Numbered from the stretch's first letter, positions 43,415-52,551 are shown. The stretch: DNA of 64,000 bases from a virus (IMGVR_UViG_2681813556_000004:19783-83782), one strand, 5' to 3'. The notes: generated by a model from the letters alone, not told the origin. Numbers and translations: made by a program.

Positions 43415-44134
43415 TCAGGTGGAGGCTCGCCCGTAGTTGGCCAGCGCCATGCCCATTTCGCCATTGTTGATGGCCGCGATGGCCTCGCGGAACTGCGTGA
43501 AATGGGCACCGGCCCGGTTCGCCGCGTTCGGCACACCGCTGTCCTTCGAGAAGGCCCGGTACAGGATGAAGTCCACGATTGCGTTGCGATAGATGTCGGG
43601 GAAATCGACCGTCTCGGTGTAGTTCTCGATTGCGAGGTTCGCCGGTGCTGCGGGCGGCGTGACGCTGGGCGGAACCATTCCGACCATGGCCTCGATCTTG
43701 CCGGTGCCATCGTTTCCGGGCACCACATAGAACGAGCGTGGATCCGCCATGTCGTGGATCACGTTCTCTACCGCGACGGCGAAGGGCAGCGTGGCGGCGG
43801 CTTGCCAGCCGGGAATCTGGGCGTCGATGATTTCGCGGCGCGCAAGGGTCCGAATGGCTTTTCCGCCTGTCGGCCCGCCAACGTCATCGTGGCCGAGCAC
43901 GAGGTTGCGCGTCACGCGCGACAGGACAGTGTATTCCGCCGGAAGGCTTTGGAGTGTGCCTTCTACCAGTTCCAGCGTGACGGTGCCGGATTTGGCATTG
44001 GGTTTCAGGGCCACGATCTCGCGCATCGCGTCGTTGAGATAGGTGTGCAGTTCAGGCGCCGTCCAATGGACGTTGCCAAAGTCTTGCAGCGTGACAGATG
44101 CGCTGTGCATCACATCTTTGGCTTGGAACGGCAT
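43415..44134 (-). CDS. Head-tail adaptor protein (DUF6682-like)
   Basis: LQD...WTAPELHTYLNDAMREIVALKP...AIVDFILYRAFSKD. Confidence 0.7.
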   Translation of the reverse strand: MPFQAKDVMHSASVTLQDFGNVHWTAPELHTYLNDAMREIVALKPNAKSGTVTLELVEGTLQSLPAEYTVLSRVTRNLVLGHDDVGGPTGGKAIRTLARREIIDAQIPGWQAAATLPFAVAVENVIHDMADPRSFYVVPGNDGTGKIEAMVGMVPPSVTPPAAPANLAIENYTETVDFPDIYRNAIVDFILYRAFSKDSGVPNAANRAGAHFTQFREAIAAINNGEMGMALANYGRAST

Positions 44135-44175
44135 CTGGGGTCACTCCTTCTGAGCGGTGCCGGTGGGAGGGAGGA

Positions 44176-44580
44176 TCAGCCCTGGCGGGCCGCCTTGATT
44201 GCCGTGAGCAGGGTTTCGTCCTTGGCGGCGGGGTGGGGCTTTTTGCCGGTCGCCTTGAGGTAGAGGGCTTCCAGCGCCTCGCGGTTCAGAGGCTGATCCG
44301 TGGGCTGGGTCGGCTCTGTTGGTTCGGTCGGCTCACTGGGCTCTGTGATCGCAGCAGGCGTGGCTTGCGCAGGTTTCGCGCCGATTGCCGGAGCGGCCTG
44401 CACAGTGCCGGGGGCGATGCGATATCCTTCGGTGATCGACAGGAAACGCTCGATATGCTCGGGCACCGTCACGAACGCGACATGCCGTCCTTCGGGATCG
44501 GGGGCGAAATGATAGGTCGCACCATCCGCCATGGTGACGCGGCTTCCGTCGACTCGCTTGATCTTGGATTCAATGAACAT
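44176..44580 (-). CDS. Virion-associated protein with PTE linker and C-terminal small helical domain
   Basis: Position after capsid genes; LYLKATGKKPHPAAKDETL C-terminus. Confidence 0.65.
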   Translation of the reverse strand: MFIESKIKRVDGSRVTMADGATYHFAPDPEGRHVAFVTVPEHIERFLSITEGYRIAPGTVQAAPAIGAKPAQATPAAITEPSEPTEPTEPTQPTDQPLNREALEALYLKATGKKPHPAAKDETLLTAIKAARQG

Positions 44581-44639
44581 GGCAGTTCTCCCGTTTCAGA
44601 TGGGCCGCGCCTGCCGCAGCGAGGCGCGGCGGAGGCTCA

Positions 44640-45083
44640 TCACGCCGATGCGTAGCGCAGGCGCAGGTGCAGCTTCTTGTTGGCTGCGGGGGTGATGGCT
44701 GCCGATGGCACCACACCAATGCTGCGATGTTCGCCGGCAACCGCGAGCCCGACGATGCCGATCAGGGGCTTTGCCGCCGGTGTCCCCGCTGCCTGGTCGT
44801 TGAACAACTCCGCGCCGCAGCTCCGCGCGCTTTCCACATCGCCCGGCGTGCCGGACATGAAGCCCACGTCGAGAGTGATGGCCCCGAGGTTCTCGGTTGC
44901 AACATCCACCGCCAGAATGCGGTTTCCGGCAGCAAGCGGCGCCAGTTCCAGCACATCGGTATCGGCAACGGCCTCGGTGAAGGTGTGGGTGATGATGACT
45001 TCGCAGACCACGCCTGCCTTGTTCGGCACGGGAATGGGAGTGCGGGCATTGCCCTTGAAATAGGTGGACTGTTTCGTGGCCAT
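44640..45083 (-). CDS. Capsid decoration/cement-like protein
   Basis: Beta-rich 147-aa ORF directly after the major capsid gene. Confidence 0.6.
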   Translation of the reverse strand: MATKQSTYFKGNARTPIPVPNKAGVVCEVIITHTFTEAVADTDVLELAPLAAGNRILAVDVATENLGAITLDVGFMSGTPGDVESARSCGAELFNDQAAGTPAAKPLIGIVGLAVAGEHRSIGVVPSAAITPAANKKLHLRLRYASA

Positions 45084-45151
45084 GGTGGCGATCCTTGTGC
45101 TGTCCGGTTGCTGGATGGCGGGGCCGGTCGGGCGGCCCCTGCCGGATCAGA

Positions 45152-46246
45152 TCAGGCGGCGTTGGGGTCGCGGCAGGAGGTATCGACGGCGATGACGCCA
45201 AAGTCCTTGCCGTTGAACCGGGTCTTTTTCATCCCGAGGATCGCCCCGCAGTAGATGGCCACCTGGTTGTCGGCGTCGAACATCTTCTCGACCCATGTGA
45301 AGCGGGTACCGCGCCCACCCGAGCCATAGGCGACGACACCGGCTTGCCGACCCATCAAGAGCGACCGGGCCGCGCTGACGTTGCCGCCGACGCCGTAATC
45401 GCTGAAACGACGCACGCCTTCATGCTGATGCAGTACGGTGTCGTTGATCATGCCGAGGCCGCCCTTCACGATGGGGCTATTGCGGCCCTCGCTGGTGGCC
45501 AGCGCCTGCTGGATCTTGGACCACGACAGATCGCCGGTTTCCACGCGCATGTCGTAGGCTTGGAAGGGGCTCATCAGGAGGATGAACCGCTTCGCGCCTT
45601 CGATGCTCACCGGCGTCATCTTCATCACGTCCGGGTTGGTGGCATTCATCATGCGCGGCTTGACCGTCACCCGTTCGATCAGGGCGACGTTCATCTTGTC
45701 GGCGGCGGTCAGGGTGGCCTTGGAAACAGCGGTCCCGCCGTAAAGCTGGTGGTCGGAATCGGGTGCCTGGATCGGGTTGCCTGCGAACTCGCCCGAGAAC
45801 TTGCTGTCCTGGTTGGCCGCGGTGGGGGCGCCGGACAGATAGACGTGGAATCCCTCGTCCACCCATTCGGCCATGTAGGTCGCGGTGCGGTCGCGGGCGA
45901 TGCGGCGCAAGTCGTGCAAGGTGCGCTTGCGCGTCATGCGACCGCCACCCGAGGCGCCTTTGCGTACCTGGTCGATTTTCACTTCGTCCTGGTAGAAAGT
46001 CAGGGGTTCCTCGGTGCCTTCGACCACATTGTCGCCTGTGGTGACGCCCCCCCGGAGGTTCACCGACAGGTCGAACTTGATGGCGTCACCGGCATCGTCT
46101 TCGAGGTCGGTGCGGCGCTCGATGATGTTGTTTTCACCGGAGCCGATGAAGCGTTGGTAGTAGGTTTGCTTGTCGGCTTCGAGGGCCAGCGACGTGGCCC
46201 ACCGCTTCACCGCCTGGGGGGAGTTTACGCCAACAGTCGTCAGCAT
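45152..46246 (-). CDS. Major capsid protein (N4-gp56 family-like)
   Basis: AVKRW...GDAIKFDL...VEGTEEPLTFYQDEVKIDQVRKG...LHDLR...KKTRFNGKDFGVIAVDT; AAGGAG RBS before ATG 46246. Confidence 0.92.
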   Translation of the reverse strand: MLTTVGVNSPQAVKRWATSLALEADKQTYYQRFIGSGENNIIERRTDLEDDAGDAIKFDLSVNLRGGVTTGDNVVEGTEEPLTFYQDEVKIDQVRKGASGGGRMTRKRTLHDLRRIARDRTATYMAEWVDEGFHVYLSGAPTAANQDSKFSGEFAGNPIQAPDSDHQLYGGTAVSKATLTAADKMNVALIERVTVKPRMMNATNPDVMKMTPVSIEGAKRFILLMSPFQAYDMRVETGDLSWSKIQQALATSEGRNSPIVKGGLGMINDTVLHQHEGVRRFSDYGVGGNVSAARSLLMGRQAGVVAYGSGGRGTRFTWVEKMFDADNQVAIYCGAILGMKKTRFNGKDFGVIAVDTSCRDPNAA

Positions 46247-46283
46247 ATCGGACGCTCCTTTGGTCAAGAGAGGTTTGACCCAG

Positions 46284-46296
46284 GCACGTCCTATGC
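46284..46296 (-). promoter_or_regulatory. Conserved late-leader motif GCATAGGACGTGC upstream of the capsid gene
   Basis: Between the CsrA-like stop (46302) and the capsid RBS; identical to 14261-14273. Confidence 0.7.
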
Positions 46297-46301
46297 TTGG
46301 C

Positions 46302-46499
46302 TTAGGAGTCCCCTACCACATGTTGGGTGTGTGTATCAACTGGCGGATTATCTCCGCCATCCGACATTGTGATCTTGACGTCTGGGGGCGCCGAAACTGC
46401 GACACGGATACGTCTGTCACCGGCCTTGATCAGGTCGAGAGTGACGTCTCCCACCCTGATCTTGGCGCCGGTCCCCATCAAGATATTGCGAACAAGCAC
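46302..46499 (-). CDS. CsrA/RsmA-like RNA-binding protein
   Basis: GGAGG RBS, GTG start; MLVRNILMGTGAKIRVGDVTLDLIKAGDRRIRVAVSAPPDVKI follows the CsrA pattern ML.L.R..GE.I.IGD.I.V.V......VRLGI.AP..V.I. Confidence 0.7.
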   Translation of the reverse strand: MLVRNILMGTGAKIRVGDVTLDLIKAGDRRIRVAVSAPPDVKITMSDGGDNPPVDTHTQHVVGDS

Positions 46500-46515
46500 G
46501 GCGTGCACCTCCCTA

Positions 46516-47409
46516 TCAGTTCAGGTATGCGGCTTGGCGTTCGGGCGGGAGGCGAGCCAGCATGGCTTCCGCCCGTTCAGGATCCACGCCCATCATGCGG
46601 TCGATGGCTGCGAAGGTTCCATCATCGGCATCTGCACCCGGTTCAGCGCCGGAAAGGCCGGTCAAGGTGCGGGGCGGTTCTGGCCGCGGATCGGTGCGTG
46701 GGCCGGCGTCGTCAGGCTTGGCCTGCTTGGTGGCATTCGGGCGGGTAATCGACTGTCCTGTCGTCACCTCCACATGATCAGCATAGAGCCGGTGGGCCAG
46801 TTCGATCTGCTTCTCCATGGGCAGGCTTGCATAGGCGGCGCTGCCGGTGACAGACCGCAATGCGGCGTCCCAGCCGTCGATATGAGCCTCTGATGCCAGA
46901 TCGGGGTGCTGGGTATGGTAGGCGTCCAGCTTGGCATACCATGCCTGGGCGCGGGCTTGCTGCTGCTGGTTCAGCACGGTCTGTGCCAGTTCGATCTGGG
47001 CCATGGCGCGGGCCTTGGACTGCACCAATTCGGCTTGCTGTGCATCCCATTCAGCGCGGGTGAGGTCGCCATCATCGTATTTCTGGACCAGCTCTGCCAG
47101 CTTGGTATCGGCTTCGGCCAGGGCCTGCTGTGCTGCGGACACGTCAGGCAGCGGCACAGCCGTGGCTGCAGGTGCCGGTTCCGGCTCCGGCTCGGGCTGC
47201 TTCGCTTCGATGGTCTGAGGCGTCTCGTCCTTGGCGGGTTCTTCCTGCGTTTCGAGGGCGGCCAGAACGGAGTCCTCGCCTTCGGTCAGCGCGGCAATCT
47301 CGCCTTCATCGAGGAATGCCTTCAGGCCATCCATGGAGAAGGCGTCGGGCAGCCCCGCCGCGTTGAGGGCCTTATTCGGGTTCGGGGTTTCGGTGGTGGT
47401 GTCGGTCAC
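46516..47409 (-). CDS. Capsid scaffolding protein
   Basis: Acidic N-terminus, coiled coil, Pro-rich C-terminus; between portal and capsid. Confidence 0.75.
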   Translation of the reverse strand: MTDTTTETPNPNKALNAAGLPDAFSMDGLKAFLDEGEIAALTEGEDSVLAALETQEEPAKDETPQTIEAKQPEPEPEPAPAATAVPLPDVSAAQQALAEADTKLAELVQKYDDGDLTRAEWDAQQAELVQSKARAMAQIELAQTVLNQQQQARAQAWYAKLDAYHTQHPDLASEAHIDGWDAALRSVTGSAAYASLPMEKQIELAHRLYADHVEVTTGQSITRPNATKQAKPDDAGPRTDPRPEPPRTLTGLSGAEPGADADDGTFAAIDRMMGVDPERAEAMLARLPPERQAAYLN

Positions 47410-49664
47410 TGGATCGCTCCTTGTGCGGCGGGTTGTGCGGTAGGTTGCTCGGTGGGCTGGACGGCACCGGGTGGGATCGTGGCGGCGGCTGGCGCTGCCG
47501 CTGGCGGGGCGCCGCTGGCTTCGGCATTGGCGAGGATCTGGTCAGCGGCTCTGGCGACGGCCGGGGCGCCCGCGATGGCTACGGCGGCTTCGAAGGCGGC
47601 TTTCAGCTTGGCAATCTGGTCGGCAGGCAGGGAGGCAGCGGCCTTTTCGGCTTCGGCGCGGGTCTTTGCGGCCTTGGCTTCCTTCTCGGCCAGTTCGGCC
47701 TCGGCCGCGCGCTTCTGCATTGCGTCCGCTTCGGCTTTTGCGGCATCTGCGGCCTGCTTTTCCGGCGTCGGGTTATTCGGGTCCGCATCGGGATCCTCGG
47801 CGCCGGTGATCTGACGGATGCGCTTGACCAGTTCGTCGCGCTTGGGCACGTCCAGAGCCTCTACGACCAGATCGAGGGTTTGCAGGACGATCTGGGGCGC
47901 AGTGGCGGCCAACCGTTCCATGAGCCCAAGCAATTCTTCGGCCTGAGCCTGCCGGGCGGTCGCACGCCAGTCATCTTCGGTGATGACGAAATCCGCCTTC
48001 GAGTTGGCGATGGCGGTGTTCGGATCGCCATTGTTGATGCTGATGTACTGAGGGTTTCCCCGACTGTCCGTGATGCGGAATTCGTCGGCCTCGGTGTAGA
48101 ACTGCTCGACGTTCACCAGCAGTTTTTCGCCATGGATCATGCGGGCCTGGCGCAGGTTCTCGAAGAAGATGAAGGTGGCAAGCTGGCCCTGCTCCTGACG
48201 GGCAATGATCGCCTTGCCGGAGGCAGCATTGGTCTTGCGCCCGAGGTTTTCATCGGTAACGCCAGACACCTGCTGGATCATCTGGGCGTCCCGGCTCATC
48301 AGGTCGATATGTGCCGCTGCGAGGTTGGTGTCAGTCTCGATCTTGGGCGGCGTTCGGTTCGGCTTGTGAACGATCACCGCATCGGGCCTGCCTGCCTCGT
48401 CGCGCAGTTCCTCGATGTCATCCACGGCACCTTCCTCGACAGTGACGCGGGTTGTGGACAGGTGATGCAGCGCCTTGGAGGCGCGCTTGTTCAGGTCACG
48501 CTGAATGTCGCGCAGGCCACGGATGAGGCCATAGGGCATTCCGTCCGAGGCTCGGCGGTAGCCCCAGATCGGGGTGAATGGGTAGCGGTTGTGCCGATAG
48601 GGCGACTCCCGAATATCGAGAAAGCCCGCATCGGTCAGCAATGCGCAATGAACAACCTCGCGCGGTCGGGTGACGAGGGTTGCGCGGCCAGTGGCCAGTT
48701 CCTGCCAGTGACCGGGGCTCCATTCATCCAGAAGCTCGCCATTGAACTGCCCGCCCCGGATGATCTTGGCATTGGGCTGGACGCGCTTGAACCAGACTTC
48801 GATGCAGCGCACGCGGCGGCGTTCGGTGTCGTAATGTCGGTTGACCGGGCCGCTGGTATCGAAGTGTGCCAGTTCCTGCGCATCCATGGCCTCATCACCC
48901 AGATCGTCCAGTGTCAGCAGGCCGGGTGTCACATCATCTGCCGCCGACAGCAGCACGCCCTTCCGTTCGGGCCACAGAGCGGTCGCCAGGTCCAGATCGA
49001 GCCACTTGGCCCGCATGACATAGCGGGCATCTGCGATGTCCATGCGTGTGCTGGTGCTGTCCCACAGCATTGATCGCCACGATTCCCAGCGGTCGAACAC
49101 GATAGTGCCGTCCTCTGGATCGCCTTGGCCCGTCTCGACCCAGCCGACACCGGCTTTGACCGCATCGGTGAATGCCTGGGCATAGGCGAATTCGCTGCGG
49201 TTCACGTCGCGCAGGTGGGCGAGCAACTGTGACTTGATTTCCGCCTGCTTCAGCCCGTCCCTGTGGCGTGGCAGCACCTTGTAATCCATCGGCGCGCGGC
49301 GCTGGCTGCCCAGCACCCAGTTCACCGAGGTCTGGATCATGTTGAACACGATGGGGGCCTGACCTCGTGCAGCCAGGGCGGCCAGTTCTTCGTCCGTCCA
49401 TTGCTGGTGGTCGTACATTGCCTCGTCCATCGCCATTTGCAGACGATTTTCGTTCTGGCGTTCCAGTTCGCGGGTGTAGTGGCCCAGCACACGGACATGC
49501 ATTGCCTGCCCTTGGGGGCCGTCCATCCATTCAATCTTGGAGGATGCCTTGTCGGCGCTGTGCTGAGCCTGCATTCGCTCGAAATAGCCGTCGCCCGCCT
49601 GCGCTGGCCTGCGCGGGTCATACTCCACCATGTTTCGCGGGTTGGTATCCTGTGGATCAAACAT
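47406..49664 (-). CDS. Portal protein (P22-like)
   Basis: QWTDEELAALAARGQAPIVFNMI, AFTDAVKAGVGW, PYGLIRGLRDIQRDLNKR; start at MFDPQ 49664. Confidence 0.9.
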   Translation of the reverse strand: MFDPQDTNPRNMVEYDPRRPAQAGDGYFERMQAQHSADKASSKIEWMDGPQGQAMHVRVLGHYTRELERQNENRLQMAMDEAMYDHQQWTDEELAALAARGQAPIVFNMIQTSVNWVLGSQRRAPMDYKVLPRHRDGLKQAEIKSQLLAHLRDVNRSEFAYAQAFTDAVKAGVGWVETGQGDPEDGTIVFDRWESWRSMLWDSTSTRMDIADARYVMRAKWLDLDLATALWPERKGVLLSAADDVTPGLLTLDDLGDEAMDAQELAHFDTSGPVNRHYDTERRRVRCIEVWFKRVQPNAKIIRGGQFNGELLDEWSPGHWQELATGRATLVTRPREVVHCALLTDAGFLDIRESPYRHNRYPFTPIWGYRRASDGMPYGLIRGLRDIQRDLNKRASKALHHLSTTRVTVEEGAVDDIEELRDEAGRPDAVIVHKPNRTPPKIETDTNLAAAHIDLMSRDAQMIQQVSGVTDENLGRKTNAASGKAIIARQEQGQLATFIFFENLRQARMIHGEKLLVNVEQFYTEADEFRITDSRGNPQYISINNGDPNTAIANSKADFVITEDDWRATARQAQAEELLGLMERLAATAPQIVLQTLDLVVEALDVPKRDELVKRIRQITGAEDPDADPNNPTPEKQAADAAKAEADAMQKRAAEAELAEKEAKAAKTRAEAEKAAASLPADQIAKLKAAFEAAVAIAGAPAVARAADQILANAEASGAPPAAAPAAATIPPGAVQPTEQPTAQPAAQGAIQ

Positions 49665-50154
49665 CGCGGGAGATCTCCGACTGGCGGGTTTCGCCGGTGA
49701 CGGTGTTGGTGATCTTGATCTCACCGAAGGACGGGCCGCTTCTGCGGCGATCCAGCGCCGGTGCCGGCGGCATGGACAGAAGATCGGGCAGATAGTGGTT
49801 GATCGTGTCCAGGACGCGCAGGCGGTCGCGCGGGCTGTGAGCATTGCCGGGAAGCAGGCCATCTGCGAGCCATTGGAATGTGCGTGCCCCGCAATGCTCT
49901 GGGTCGCCGACATCGCCATGTGCGGCCCATCGCCATGCCTCACTCAGCGGGATCACGACCGGGACCGTTCTGCCGCGGGCGATAGGGCGCAGTGGGTGCA
50001 GCAGCACCATGCAGGGCTCTGGCAAGGGGCTTGCATCGGTACGGATCCACGATCCGACGACGACGATGCCATTGCGTTCGCCGTCGAAGTGCCGCCGACG
50101 CAGATCAAGGGCTGGTGCCTCGATCATGGCGCGGGGAATGAGCATTTCGGTCAC
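49657..50154 (-). CDS. Conserved phage protein between terL and portal
   Basis: GTGA overlap with the terL stop; ends ...DLLSMPP...GEIKITN. Confidence 0.7.
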   Translation of the reverse strand: MTEMLIPRAMIEAPALDLRRRHFDGERNGIVVVGSWIRTDASPLPEPCMVLLHPLRPIARGRTVPVVIPLSEAWRWAAHGDVGDPEHCGARTFQWLADGLLPGNAHSPRDRLRVLDTINHYLPDLLSMPPAPALDRRRSGPSFGEIKITNTVTGETRQSEISRDV

Positions 50155-51560
50155 GCAGTCAATCCTGACGTTCGGCGCGGCCTCTTGCTCGCGGAGTTGT
50201 TCTTGGGGTGGAGGAAATCGACGGACTGGCCCCACTGACGGAGGGCGTCGGCATAGTTCGAATAGCGGTCGTGCTCGGGTTCGTCGGTGAACGCATCGAG
50301 CCGGGCGTTGTACTTCTTGCGGTAGTTATCCATCGCCACGATGCCGTCGCCGCACTCGTCAGCGTCGAAATACACGTTGTGGCCGAGGGCCAGCCGGGTC
50401 TGGTTGATGCCGGTCAGCACTTCCTGCACGCGGGGCACAATCTCGAAGCGCAGGCCGGGCAGCAGCTCTTGCAGGAGCTGGACCGCACTCTTGCCGGTTT
50501 GCAGGCTCTTGTTGGCGGCGTCATGCGGCAGATAATGCGTGCCGGAAAGATTGTAGCCGGTGGCCAGCAGGAACTTGGCGTAATGCTCCAGGCTCTCCCC
50601 GCTGTTCTCGTATGCCTTGATGAAGCGTGTCTCACCCGCAACCTGCTGCATGAACCAGATTGCGGTGGTGTCATTCCAGCCCAAGTCCCAGAAGGTATGG
50701 ACCGGCAGGCCGGTGGAATAGGGCACATGCCGGATTCGGCCCTCGGCCCGCAGCTTCTGCATCTCGTTGGCATAGTAGGCTCCCCGGATGCGACCCTGCC
50801 GCCAGAGGCCCATCAGCAGGGCATCGCGTTCCTCGGGCGGAAGCTGCAACAGGGCTTCGCGGTAGCCTGTGCCGCCCAGATGGGTATTCTCGGACAAGCG
50901 CGCCGGGATGAACTGGCGGAACATCGTCGTGATGGTGCCGAGTTCTTCATCCACGATGTCGACGGGAATGCAGGTTGCCTTCCCATCTTCCTGAATGCCC
51001 CAGCGTTCCATCACCCACTTCTGGCCGGGACCATCCGGGTTGGTGGTGGCCCGGATGTAGCGGGGCAGCGTCTTGTCGGTGCTGCGGCAGCGTGAGAACA
51101 GGTAGAGATAGCAGGTCGGCGTCGGCCAAAGGGTGAGTTCGTCAAAGCCGATGTAGTTCCAGGCCCGGCCCCGGTATTTCAGGCGGTCGCTGTCGTTTTG
51201 CAGATAGCCGAATTCGACCTTGGCACCGCTGGAAAAGGTCCAGACCTTTTCGGTGGAGTTGTAGGAGGCGCCTGGGTCCAGATCCTTGTAGACCTCCAAG
51301 CTGCGCCCGATCAGGTCGCGCAACTCGGGGAAGCTGCGGCGGAACAGGACGGCGCGGTGGTTGGGATTGTCGATGCCGTCATGTTGCAGGCACAGCGCAT
51401 CAATCAGCAGGGCATCAGACTTTCCCCCGCCGGCCGCCCCGCCATAGAGCACCTCGAAGTCGTCGCATTCCAGAAATACGGCCTGCTTGGGCGTGGGCTT
51501 CCAGATCACCTCATAGGTGTCTGGATCAGCGTCCCACTCACCAGGGCGCAACATGCTCAT
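50151..51560 (-). CDS. terL: Terminase large subunit
   Basis: LYGGAAGGGKS (Walker A), IGFDELT (Walker B), IRATTNPDG, WDLGWND, YLPHDA. Confidence 0.95.
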   Translation of the reverse strand: MSMLRPGEWDADPDTYEVIWKPTPKQAVFLECDDFEVLYGGAAGGGKSDALLIDALCLQHDGIDNPNHRAVLFRRSFPELRDLIGRSLEVYKDLDPGASYNSTEKVWTFSSGAKVEFGYLQNDSDRLKYRGRAWNYIGFDELTLWPTPTCYLYLFSRCRSTDKTLPRYIRATTNPDGPGQKWVMERWGIQEDGKATCIPVDIVDEELGTITTMFRQFIPARLSENTHLGGTGYREALLQLPPEERDALLMGLWRQGRIRGAYYANEMQKLRAEGRIRHVPYSTGLPVHTFWDLGWNDTTAIWFMQQVAGETRFIKAYENSGESLEHYAKFLLATGYNLSGTHYLPHDAANKSLQTGKSAVQLLQELLPGLRFEIVPRVQEVLTGINQTRLALGHNVYFDADECGDGIVAMDNYRKKYNARLDAFTDEPEHDRYSNYADALRQWGQSVDFLHPKNNSASKRPRRTSGLTA

Positions 51561-51946
51561 TGAGCATCATCCTCGCGCCTGAGTGGCCGGGTTTCGATTG
51601 GCGCCTCGACCTTGGGCGGGACAAGGATCACGCGCACCTTGACCTTGTGGTCATGCTCGATGGGTTTCCCGCCCTTGCCGGTGTGTTCGACCGAGGACAG
51701 CGGCTTGCCATAGGCTCTGTCGAGAATAGCCGTTGCGGCTGACACACGCGCGGCCGGCGGCGCGGTGCGGCTTTTGGCAATCGTGACAAGTGCTTGCAGG
51801 GCGGCTTCGCCATGCTCTTGAGCCTGCTCGCGGATGGCCTTCTTGAGGACATTGTGAGCAGCAGGCTTTCGGCCAGCGCCGGGGCGCTTTCCGCCGCGCT
51901 TTTTGGGCGCGCTGATTTCCTCGTCTTTTTTCAATTCATCACCCAT
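51557..51946 (-). CDS. terS: Terminase small subunit
   Basis: RGGKRPGAGRKP...ARVSAATAILDRAYGKP; directly upstream of terL; start MGDE at 51946. Confidence 0.8.
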   Translation of the reverse strand: MGDELKKDEEISAPKKRGGKRPGAGRKPAAHNVLKKAIREQAQEHGEAALQALVTIAKSRTAPPAARVSAATAILDRAYGKPLSSVEHTGKGGKPIEHDHKVKVRVILVPPKVEAPIETRPLRREDDAQ

Positions 51947-52551
51947 TGCCGGGCGACGTTCTTGAAGCTGATGCCCAAGACCGCTTTCGCGATTGTTCGC
52001 TGGCAGACGCCATGTCTTGCCGCCAATTGCCGCTGTGTTGCGCCACCACGGGCGTATTTCTCTCGGATGGCTGCGACTTCGGTATCGGTCAGCTTTGCCT
52101 GCGGGTGCTTTTCCCCGCGAATGGCATTCTTGACCTTGGCGTGTCGGCCTTTTCTGGTCATGTCGAGGTTGTTGTCGGCCCGTGTTCCGCCGAAAAGATG
52201 CGCGGGGTTGCAGCATCTCGGGTTGTCGCAAGAGTGGCAGACAGCTTCCGGCAATTTGCCGTTGGCGAGCCCGTAGGCAATCCTGTGCGCCAGCATCACT
52301 GACGAACTAGACCTCCCGACATGGAATTGTCCGTAGCCCTTGTTCAGGGCGCCAGACCACTCCCAGCATGATTGCGGGGATGGGCGGTCTACCTTGGACC
52401 AAAACCGTTCGACGTTCACCTGGTATTCCGCCGCGAAGGCGGCGTGATCTACGATGTTCCGCTCGTTGAGTGCTCCGACCTTGCGCGCCACGTCCTGTGC
52501 TCCATCCGCCATGTGGTGCACATTGTGCATCATTTTGGCGGACTCGGGCAA
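51931..52551 (-). CDS. Free-standing HNH (HNH_3-type) homing endonuclease with C-terminal HTH
   Basis: RFWSKVD...CWEWSG...GYG...AHRIAY...CHSCDNPRCCNPAHLFGGTRADN; GEKHPQAKLT; exact start uncertain. Confidence 0.88.
   Translation of the reverse strand: MPESAKMMHNVHHMADGAQDVARKVGALNERNIVDHAAFAAEYQVNVERFWSKVDRPSPQSCWEWSGALNKGYGQFHVGRSSSSVMLAHRIAYGLANGKLPEAVCHSCDNPRCCNPAHLFGGTRADNNLDMTRKGRHAKVKNAIRGEKHPQAKLTDTEVAAIREKYARGGATQRQLAARHGVCQRTIAKAVLGISFKNVARQWVMN
52489..52499 (-). promoter_or_regulatory. Late-leader-like motif CACAGGACGTG at the head of the packaging operon
   Basis: Variant of CATAGGACGTG with the U.G pair replaced by C-G; lies within the uncertain 5' end of the HNH gene. Confidence 0.4.

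Noticed and set aside
47406-49943. 845-aa portal with long N-terminal extension, and similar extended starts for terS, MT-A70, SRAP and cI
   Set aside because: Extensions overlap upstream genes; downstream starts with RBS or ATGA coupling fit better.
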